DNA of 43,689 nt from a virus (IMGVR_UViG_3300045988_038444:1-43689), one strand, 5' to 3'; shown: positions 22,954-29,177, counted from the first letter of the stretch. Notes: generated from the sequence alone by a model not told the origin. Program-made: numbers and translations.

Positions 22954-23459
22954 AAATGGCTCTGGGTGATAATGAGGGTTTTACATAACTGGTCATCCAC
23001 ACCTGACGTCCCAACATACCCCTATGCGTGACACGTGAATAACCAGTTATGTAAAACGACACGCAGTTCAGGATGTTTCACAACATGCTTTACCCACGAT
23101 TTGCGGCTTTCCCGCCAGCAAGATAAGGATCACCTCCTTATCAGCGAGTGTTTGGGTTGTGGCGGTTGGAATCGAACCAACTCCCATCGGTGCGATTCCA
23201 ACCGCAGTACGCGCAGCGGTCCGCTACATGACTAGTATTTTCACGGTCGCCTATCTGCTAGCTCGCCATTGAGCTTCACCACAACGGAAAGAGCACTGGA
23301 ACTTGGGCTGAGTATTACCGCATGTCTTTCGACTTCGAACCAAGGCTGACATTACCCAATGCTCTTACCTGTTATGTGCCGGTTACGTTTATCCGGCGTC
23401 TTTCGACCGATTAAGTGATAGTGTCTGCTATGCAGTTCTGTCACTGACTTAACAATAGG
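22954..23459 (-). ncRNA. candidate large structured non-coding RNA (function unknown)
   Basis: About 500 nt with no credible ORF on either strand. Contains many perfect hairpins, GAAA loops and a tRNA-like module, and is bounded by a gene stop and a terminator. See findings. Confidence 0.35.
23158..23283 (-). other. tRNA-like module (non-canonical, 126 nt)
   Basis: On the minus strand: acceptor TGTGGTG/CGCCACA (7 bp, one G-U), D-arm GCTC-AATGGC-GAGC, T-arm GTTGG-TTCGATT-CCAAC. There are 78 nt and no 5-bp/7-nt anticodon arm between the D-arm and the T-arm. Confidence 0.3.
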
Positions 23460-23813
23460 TCAAGAATAGTTATATGTCAAGCCTTGTGATTCACACCATT
23501 TAGCAGCGGCACTTTTACTACTAAACGATTCTGAATTCATCGGCATACCCATAACATAAACATTATAGGTTTTTGGCGCATCACGTCGGATTTCAGCCGC
23601 AGTGGTTGATGCCGATTCTTCGGTTGCTACAGTCACTGGTTCTTCAACGGTCGCAGTAGCTGGTTCAATGTGGCGCATACGCACAAGGGCGTTTAAAACA
23701 GCCGGGGTAGCTTTTGATGTTGATACTTTATCGCCAGCGGACATCTGTTTACCGTTCCACAGCATCGGACGGGTGAAAACATATTTCAGTGACGGATCAT
23801 ATGAATTACGCAT
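23460..23813 (-). CDS. hypothetical protein (117 aa)
   Basis: The start is taken at MRNSYDP (ATG 23813, RBS GAGG). The track start at 23867 runs through the capsid-gene terminator. Confidence 0.55.
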   Translation of the reverse strand: MRNSYDPSLKYVFTRPMLWNGKQMSAGDKVSTSKATPAVLNALVRMRHIEPATATVEEPVTVATEESASTTAAEIRRDAPKTYNVYVMGMPMNSESFSSKSAAAKWCESQGLTYNYS

Positions 23814-23828
23814 GATTTTAACCTCATG

Positions 23829-23855
23829 AAAAAAGGGGCAGCATAAGCCACCCCT
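23829..23855 (-). terminator. intrinsic terminator after the major capsid gene (minus strand)
   Basis: On the minus strand: AGGGGTGGC-TTAT-GCTGCCCCT followed by a T-run. Confidence 0.65.
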
Positions 23856-23875
23856 TAATGATATCACAGTTGTTA

Positions 23876-24895
23876 TTAAACCGCGTCGTAGAACAGAACG
23901 CCCAGGTCAGGTGCAACCATCTGAACATCAATGGCAAATTCCGCTTCAACGAAATTACCACGACGGCCTTCGACACCCGGATAGGTACGGATAGACGGAC
24001 CGTTGTTAACGCCCAGACCGATGAACTCGTTCCACACGAAGCCCGCAGCCGCAACAGGTTTCATATTGCCAACAGTCGGTTCAACATAGTTGAGCATCAG
24101 CACACCAGTTTTAGCAAACCGGAAGTCTGACAGCGGATTGCCGTTACTGTCTTCAACGCCATCAGCAGCCATGTTGACCACAGACTGCATGATTTCCAGT
24201 TCGTCAACTTCCAGCAGTGCAGCCAGTGCCTGTTTAGTCACGATCCCAGGGTTCTGAGTGGTAGAACCACCGTTAATACGGTCAATAACAGCCGGGCTAC
24301 GGGTCAGTGCGTCATACACGTCCAGCGTCATCAGTGCTTTGTTCCAGCGACGACCACCGGATGCCAGAGAGAACGCAACACGACGTGACAGGATATCACC
24401 AATCGGATCGGCATTCGCATTAGACCATTTCAGGAATCCACCCGTGGACGGAGACGAGCCTTTACCCTGGAAATCAAGACCCCATTTACCAGCGGTCAGG
24501 AATTTTTCAGCAAAATCCACTTCTTTGTTGATCAGCAACGCATCTGTGGTTACTGCTGACGCTTCCATATCCAGTTGCTGACCGTTTTGAACGTTTGCAC
24601 GTTTTTTGTCAGAAATAAAGATACGGATCGCATCGTCATCAACGGTGTAACCCTGGTTTTTGGTTTTGTAACCAATAGTATTAGCAACACCATCTTCGGC
24701 ACGTTTGGAGTTAACCGGACGACCGAAATAACCTTTCGGGTAAGTCAGGAATTTACCAGCAGCCTGGTTAACAGGAACTACCGGGAAATAACGAGTACCG
24801 ACAAACAGTGACGTATCCTGCCAGTAACTTACAGAAAAGTTAGACAGGAATGTATCTGGTGCGCCAACGTCGCGAAAATTCTGTTTGTAACTCAT
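23876..24895 (-). CDS. major capsid protein
   Basis: 339 aa. Follows the scaffold and decoration genes and is followed by a terminator. The composition is typical of HK97-fold capsid proteins. Confidence 0.8.
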   Translation of the reverse strand: MSYKQNFRDVGAPDTFLSNFSVSYWQDTSLFVGTRYFPVVPVNQAAGKFLTYPKGYFGRPVNSKRAEDGVANTIGYKTKNQGYTVDDDAIRIFISDKKRANVQNGQQLDMEASAVTTDALLINKEVDFAEKFLTAGKWGLDFQGKGSSPSTGGFLKWSNANADPIGDILSRRVAFSLASGGRRWNKALMTLDVYDALTRSPAVIDRINGGSTTQNPGIVTKQALAALLEVDELEIMQSVVNMAADGVEDSNGNPLSDFRFAKTGVLMLNYVEPTVGNMKPVAAAGFVWNEFIGLGVNNGPSIRTYPGVEGRRGNFVEAEFAIDVQMVAPDLGVLFYDAV

Positions 24896-24898
24896 CGG

Positions 24899-25309
24899 TT
24901 ATGCTCCTTTAGAATACGGTGCAATAAGTAATGCGGTAACTACCTGGTCTTCTTCAGTGGCTGCAGTTTGAGAAATAGCCACGACCAGTTGTGTATCAGT
25001 AGCGGTCTGGAATCGTCCGTCAGCACCAACAGCAAGCTCAACACCTGTGTCGAACGTTGCAGCAGCTTTTACTGGTACGAATTTTTCTTTTTCGTTTACC
25101 AGGTCGAAGAATACACCAGCAGTGGCATCATCAACAGCTACACCGTCGATACGACCGTCAGCCGTTGGGAATTTGTATTTAGGTACACACTGGTTAGTGT
25201 CACCTAAACTGGTATCCAGAACAAGACCAACACCTGCCGAAATAGCCACGGATGCAACGGCACGGGTCGGGCGCTCATAGTTCCAGTAGATTTTGCTGTT
25301 CTTAGCCAT
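24899..25309 (-). CDS. head decoration / cement protein (DUF2190-like)
   Basis: 136 aa, Gly/Ala/Val-rich. Lies between the scaffold and capsid genes. Confidence 0.45.
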   Translation of the reverse strand: MAKNSKIYWNYERPTRAVASVAISAGVGLVLDTSLGDTNQCVPKYKFPTADGRIDGVAVDDATAGVFFDLVNEKEKFVPVKAAATFDTGVELAVGADGRFQTATDTQLVVAISQTAATEEDQVVTALLIAPYSKGA

Positions 25310-26568
25310 TATTCGTCACCTCGCATCGCTTCGATTGCTTCCTGACCTTTTTTAGTTGCAGAAACTGCCTGCATAGCCTGGGTGCGTGTTTTACCCGGAT
25401 TTGCTTTCAGCCATTCGTTGATCATGTCTTCCAGTGCACTGGAACCTTTACCACTACCGTTCGGCGCTGCTGGCTCTTTACGTGCTTTCCAGAGTTCGTC
25501 GGCCTGTTTGAGTTTTTCAACCAGAAAGTTACGATCCGCTTCCGGTAAACGCTCAAGAGTCATGACCATTTGGGTTTTCTGTACCATTTCACCCGGAATG
25601 TGTGCGAAATCAGCGTTCACGGTTTTTTCAGCTTTCGCCAGTGCCGCTTCAGTCTGTGCTTTGCGAAGTTGTTCGTCCTGAGATTTCAGAACATCATACA
25701 TCGGACCAGCTACAGACTTCTGAACAACCTGACCAGCAATCGTGGTAAACGATTCATCAGCCTGTTTAGCCATCGTCACGAGGGCATCGCGAGCAGTGGC
25801 ATCCATTTTACGGAATGCTTCCTGATCAGATTCAGGCAGAGAATTATGATACGCCTTATGGACGTCGTTCATCTCAGCCAGGGCTTTGTATTTTTCCAGT
25901 TCGGACATTTCGATTTCCTCTGCCGTTTTTAAAACTTGAGGTACTTCCTGGTCCGGGTGTAATTTTTTCCACGCGGATCGGACTTTGTTTTTCACACCTG
26001 CTAAATCGGCTTCAGGGATTTCAACTTTGTTACCGCGATAACCCGGACCTAATGCAGCAAGTGCAGCGCCTACAATACGCGCATCAGGTTCACCGCCAGG
26101 GGTAGCTGTTAAACGAAGTTTCCAGGTTGAAGGTTTTTCTGGATCTGGCACATATGCATAATCAGATGCCGGGAAAACTTCACCGTCTTCAGTTTTACCA
26201 CCTTTCGCTTTATTCATCGAAATACCAGCGGCCTGTTGCAACGTTATAATATATTCATTTACCGCGTCACGCAATGCTGCTTGTTTATCGGTAACAGAAT
26301 CATCTTTTGCAATATCCTCTGCTGCTTCATAAAGCGCATCGTTCAACATCCACGAATTAGAGAGGAAATCACGAACTTTCTGTTCAAGTTCTTTTTCAGC
26401 CAGTGCCGCGCTGAATGTTGACTTTAAAAGAACAACAGCAGGCGGTTCTGAATGTGATTTAAGAACAAGAGCATTTGCTCCCTCGTGAGCAGGTTTTGTC
26501 ACGCCGGACAGAAAACCGATCTTCATCGATTTAGCGCGGCGTAAATGATTAGTACCATCTGTACGCAT
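25309..26568 (-). CDS. scaffolding protein
   Basis: 419 aa, Ala/Glu/Lys-rich and helical. Its ATG overlaps the upstream stop (TAATG). Lies upstream of the capsid gene. Confidence 0.5.
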   Translation of the reverse strand: MRTDGTNHLRRAKSMKIGFLSGVTKPAHEGANALVLKSHSEPPAVVLLKSTFSAALAEKELEQKVRDFLSNSWMLNDALYEAAEDIAKDDSVTDKQAALRDAVNEYIITLQQAAGISMNKAKGGKTEDGEVFPASDYAYVPDPEKPSTWKLRLTATPGGEPDARIVGAALAALGPGYRGNKVEIPEADLAGVKNKVRSAWKKLHPDQEVPQVLKTAEEIEMSELEKYKALAEMNDVHKAYHNSLPESDQEAFRKMDATARDALVTMAKQADESFTTIAGQVVQKSVAGPMYDVLKSQDEQLRKAQTEAALAKAEKTVNADFAHIPGEMVQKTQMVMTLERLPEADRNFLVEKLKQADELWKARKEPAAPNGSGKGSSALEDMINEWLKANPGKTRTQAMQAVSATKKGQEAIEAMRGDE

Positions 26569-26978
26569 TATTCCACATCCTCATAATATGCAGTTCCACC
26601 GATACTATATCCCGTATATTCACCAGTCTGAAACTTTTTCAAAACTTCGTCATCAGTTATCAACGTACCAACAATGACGCCTGTCTGATCCAGTTTATCA
26701 ACCAGTCCAAAACTTGCTGCAATGTCTTCGGTCATCGGGAACGCAAACACAACTTTCCCAACAGGTTGTTGATTATGCATATTATCCATGATGCGCTGAT
26801 CAGAATTCATGAAGTCCAACCATGCTTTCAGAGTGACATCCTCGGGAAATTGCTCGTTGTCCGTGTCTGTGTAAATTTCTAACTGACCTGTCTCCTGATT
26901 ACGTTTTTTACAGATACTACCCCAACCGAATACCATACGTAGTGAGTTGTCAACCTTATTAACTTTTACGTTAATCAC
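26568..26978 (-). CDS. XkdF-like prohead protease domain protein
   Basis: ...FGWGSI...TDTDNEQFPED...HNQQPVGKVV...GEYTGYSIGG resembles the XkdF/S78-type family (from memory). Confidence 0.45.
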   Translation of the reverse strand: MINVKVNKVDNSLRMVFGWGSICKKRNQETGQLEIYTDTDNEQFPEDVTLKAWLDFMNSDQRIMDNMHNQQPVGKVVFAFPMTEDIAASFGLVDKLDQTGVIVGTLITDDEVLKKFQTGEYTGYSIGGTAYYEDVE

Positions 26979-27385
26979 GGGGATTGTCCTCGTATTGTTT
27001 CAACATGACTAAATTCTAACATTTCGGATGAATAATTGCACTGGTGATACACGCTGTTTACAACGTTACCGAATATCTCAGAAAGATTCTTGATCGGTTC
27101 AACAGCAGTCGTTACTGGTTCAACAGCAGTCGTTACTGGTTCAACAGTAGTCGTTACCGGTTCAACAGTAGTCGTTACCGGTTCAACAGCAGTCGTTACT
27201 GGTTCAACAGCGTCCAGATGTTCAGCGACAACCTGGAAAAACACTGTGTTAGTTTCACGGTCAATAATAACCACTGTGCTGGAACTATCTTCAACAATGC
27301 TGAATGAGTAGTCGTAACGATCACCGTGAATTTTACGGGCGCGACGAATGAATTCGTCTGTAGCAACTCTGATGTTCGGATCCAT
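26975..27385 (-). CDS. repeat-containing protein with a degenerate endonuclease-type N-terminal module
   Basis: The start is taken at MDPNIRV (RBS AAGAAGGG). ATDEFIRRARKIHGDRYDYSFSIVED parallels EEFITRAREVHGHKYDYSLVEY of 16399-17310, but the Cys/His ligands are lost. This is followed by (VEPVTTA/T)x5. Confidence 0.5.
   Translation of the reverse strand: MDPNIRVATDEFIRRARKIHGDRYDYSFSIVEDSSSTVVIIDRETNTVFFQVVAEHLDAVEPVTTAVEPVTTTVEPVTTTVEPVTTAVEPVTTAVEPIKNLSEIFGNVVNSVYHQCNYSSEMLEFSHVETIRGQSP
27096..27213. repeat. 21-bp tandem repeat, about 5.6 copies
   Basis: ggttcaacagcagtcgttact-type units start at 27096, 27117, 27138, 27159 and 27180, with a partial unit at 27201. In frame on the minus strand. 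Confidence 0.95.
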
Positions 27386-27530
27386 ACATTCAACCCTTCT
27401 TGTTCTCTTAACCACAGGGTAGTTGTGTCGGTGTAATCCGTCAAGAATTATTTTGCGTATAGATTCATGGGAAGTATGCGACCCCCTATACCTTTTAAAC
27501 CTCTCCTACTTGCAGCAACTTTTACTACTT

Positions 27531-27637
27531 ATACTACTCTTCTATTTATCTATGTTTATTATGTTTTCTATAAAAAGATAACAAAAAGAATAAGATAGAG
27601 AGGGGTTGGTTAAAAAGTAAACATGACGAAATATATG
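27531..27637. repeat. dispersed ~105-bp AT-rich repeat, copy 1 (partner at 42606-42713)
   Basis: ...ctatgtttattatgttttctataaaaagataacaaaaagaataagatagagaggggttggttaaaaagtaaacatgacgaaatatatg aligns with copy 2 in direct orientation with few mismatches. Confidence 0.8.
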
Positions 27638-27652
27638 AATCTATGATCTACT

Positions 27653-27669
27653 AATACACGTTCTGTATT
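27653..27669. promoter_or_regulatory. palindromic operator-like site 1 (AATACA-CGTTC-TGTATT)
   Basis: Perfect 6-bp arms with a 5-bp spacer. Confidence 0.5.
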
Positions 27670-27715
27670 AGCCGCAACTCAAAATCATGAAACCTATGTA
27701 GAACTATGTGCAGTT

Positions 27716-27732
27716 AGTACACGTTCTGTATT
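27716..27732. promoter_or_regulatory. palindromic operator-like site 2 (AGTACA-CGTTC-TGTATT)
   Basis: Lies 63 bp from site 1 and ends 22 bp upstream of the -35 of P3. Confidence 0.5.
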
Positions 27733-27741
27733 AACTGCATC

Positions 27742-27783
27742 TTTAAAATAATTCTTGACGGATTACACCGACGCAACTATCTT
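27742..27783 (+). promoter_or_regulatory. conserved sigma70 promoter cassette P3
   Basis: TTTAAAATAATTC + TTGACG (27755-27760), 17 nt, TATCTT (27778-27783). Confidence 0.7.
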
Positions 27784-27814
27784 GTGGTTAACAGGAAGAA
27801 AAAGGAGACATGCA

Positions 27815-27883
27815 ATGATTTACTACATACTGGCTTTCATGATTTTCGCAGCACCTGTGATCGTAGGAATAGTAAGAGGTTAA
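27815..27883 (+). CDS. possible 22-aa hydrophobic leader peptide
   Basis: AGGAGA, 5 nt, then ATG. Encodes MIYYILAFMIFAAPVIVGIVRG. Its stop is 4 nt before the next ATG. Confidence 0.3.
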   Translation: MIYYILAFMIFAAPVIVGIVRG

Positions 27884-27887
27884 CAGT

Positions 27888-28436
27888 ATGAACGAACTGA
27901 CAAACACCAACGTTGATTTCACAATGTCCAGCCTGGATTTCTTGAAGAATGTTATCAACCCAGCACGTGTGGCTGAAGGTGAGGAAGTCTGGGTCCGTCA
28001 TAATGATTTCTTAGCCAGAGTTAAGGATGAATTAGAAGGTCAAGTTTTGGTTACGAAACTTTTCACACCCAAACTTCAGGGAAGAGGTGGCAATAGAAAA
28101 CCGTTTGAAGTGGTCGATCTAAACATGGATCAAATGCTTCTTGTGGGTATGCGTGAATCTAAAGCCGTTCGCAAAGCTGTATTAGCCAAATTAAAGAAGT
28201 TGAATAACCACCAACACCAACCGTTACTACAGTTACAGTGTGAAATCGGAGAATTGCACAAACAGAATGACGAACTACGTAACGAAATTGAAGTCGATCG
28301 TAAGACCTATGATTTGTTGTTGGTAGACATGAAAAAGTTATGGGAAGAGAAAGAAAATCTGCAAAAAGAATTAACTGCTTTGCGTAAACAGGATGATGTT
28401 CGTAAACGTGCGCTTAAACTTTTACTTGGGTTATAA
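27888..28436 (+). CDS. Rha-like / antirepressor-like regulatory protein with C-terminal coiled coil
   Basis: N-terminal SSLDFLKNV...RHNDFLARVKDEL...MLLVGMRESKAVRKAVLAKL resembles the Rha family (from memory). Confidence 0.4.
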   Translation: MNELTNTNVDFTMSSLDFLKNVINPARVAEGEEVWVRHNDFLARVKDELEGQVLVTKLFTPKLQGRGGNRKPFEVVDLNMDQMLLVGMRESKAVRKAVLAKLKKLNNHQHQPLLQLQCEIGELHKQNDELRNEIEVDRKTYDLLLVDMKKLWEEKENLQKELTALRKQDDVRKRALKLLLGL

Positions 28437-28439
28437 CCT

Positions 28440-28601
28440 ATGGGTAAAAAGAAACGGAAACAGCCTGTCAAGAAAGAACCATATAACCCACGGCATGTTA
28501 ATGAGTTATGGGCTAAAGATGTGGACGATTTTACTGAATCTGACTGGAGTAAAGTCACAAGGTTGATCGTTAAATTAAGACGACTATCGAGGTACGCGTA
28601 A
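28440..28601 (+). CDS. hypothetical basic protein (53 aa)
   Basis: MGKKKRKQPVKKEPYNPRH... Its stop overlaps the next ATG (TAATG). Below the track cutoff. Confidence 0.4.
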   Translation: MGKKKRKQPVKKEPYNPRHVNELWAKDVDDFTESDWSKVTRLIVKLRRLSRYA

Positions 28602-28876
28602 TGTGTTACTGTATGAAAAAAGTTGGTGACGAACTTCAAAAACGTCTGATGGAAAAAGTACCAGTAGGTTCGGAAGTCAGCACTAACCTGTTTGATAAAG
28701 TTGGCTGGGATAATCAGTGTTTCGGTCTGACGTCTGGTAAAACTTACGTTATGTTGAAATATCGTCTTGCATACCGTGCTAAAAAGAAAAACGGTGAACT
28801 GGCGAAGAACTTCACGCGCCTGGAAACCAACATCAAAATGTCTTATTGTCCATTCTGCGGGGAGAAACAGGAGTAA
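28601..28876 (+). CDS. hypothetical protein (91 aa) with a C-terminal CPFCG motif
   Basis: ORF in the track. Coupled to the flanking genes. Confidence 0.55.
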   Translation: MCYCMKKVGDELQKRLMEKVPVGSEVSTNLFDKVGWDNQCFGLTSGKTYVMLKYRLAYRAKKKNGELAKNFTRLETNIKMSYCPFCGEKQE

Positions 28877-28881
28877 TCGCT

Positions 28882-29111
28882 ATGGGAATGAAACAAATAT
28901 GGGATGGTAAAACCTTCCTTCTGTTGGTTGTGAAGTATTGATCCATCTGGCAAGCATTAACAAGTGGGTGGCACGAACTGTTCAGGGTTATGAAATATGG
29001 CCTTCTGTTTATGAAAATGATACGGCACATCACAGGGTAAACATAAAATTTGAAGATAATGTTCGTCTGTTATGTGATGTGCGACCTCTTGACTGGCGTG
29101 AACCTGATTAA
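28882..29111 (+). pseudogene. small gene with an apparent -1 frame disruption
   Basis: Strong RBS AGGAG, 8 nt, then ATG 28882. The frame stops after 19 aa. The -1 frame is open from 28911 to TAA 29109-29111 and reads NLPSVGCEVLIHLASINKWVARTVQGYEIW...LDWREPD. An A4 run lies at 28909-28912. Confidence 0.45.
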
Positions 29112-29114
29112 CTT

Positions 29115-29175
29115 GGTTCGATGGCTGTACTGAGTGGTTAAAATGGAATCCAAATATAACCACTCTAATACGTAT
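29115..29175 (+). pseudogene. 61-bp fossil of the 3' end of a T5orf172 endonuclease gene
   Basis: Matches 22036-22096 at 57 of 61 positions, would encode FDGCTEWLKWNPNITTLIR, and has stop codons just upstream in that frame. Confidence 0.75.
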
Positions 29176-29177
29176 AA

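Noticed and set aside
22889-23062. N-terminal 58-aa extension of the connector ORF (track start 23062)
   Set aside because: The extension would be translated through a perfect rho-independent terminator (22928-22953) and through one arm of a 16-bp inverted repeat. A good RBS and ATG exist at 22888, where the protein-like sequence begins.
23127-23140. Plus-strand GGATCACCTCCTTA as a fragment of a 16S rRNA gene
   Set aside because: Only 14 nt match, and the flanking sequence bears no resemblance to the 16S 3' domain or the 16S-23S spacer. It is more sensibly read on the minus strand as an anti-SD complement.
23035-23235. 66-aa plus-strand ORF in the non-coding segment
   Set aside because: It has Cys/Arg/Ser-rich junk composition and no RBS. 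It lies opposite to the surrounding transcription and spans several perfect hairpins.
23158-23283. Calling this a bona fide tRNA gene
   Set aside because: The acceptor, D- and T-arms are present, but the element is 126 nt long. It has no 5-bp/7-nt anticodon arm, a 6-nt D-loop and CCC instead of CCA. It is kept only as a tRNA-like module.
27096-27213. Tandem repeats here, at 1-105 and at 43500-43646, considered as possible CRISPR arrays
   Set aside because: The units are directly adjacent with no unique spacers. They have periods of 21 or 30 bp (multiples of 3), lie in frame inside long ORFs and encode Pro/Ala/Val/Thr-rich peptides. They are coding tandem repeats, not CRISPR.
27044-27311. Plus-strand ORFs 27044-27307 and 27090-27311
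   Set aside because: They are generated by reading the 21-bp tandem repeat on the wrong strand (SSRYWFN and GSTAVVT repeats). The minus-strand frame is coupled to the head operon.
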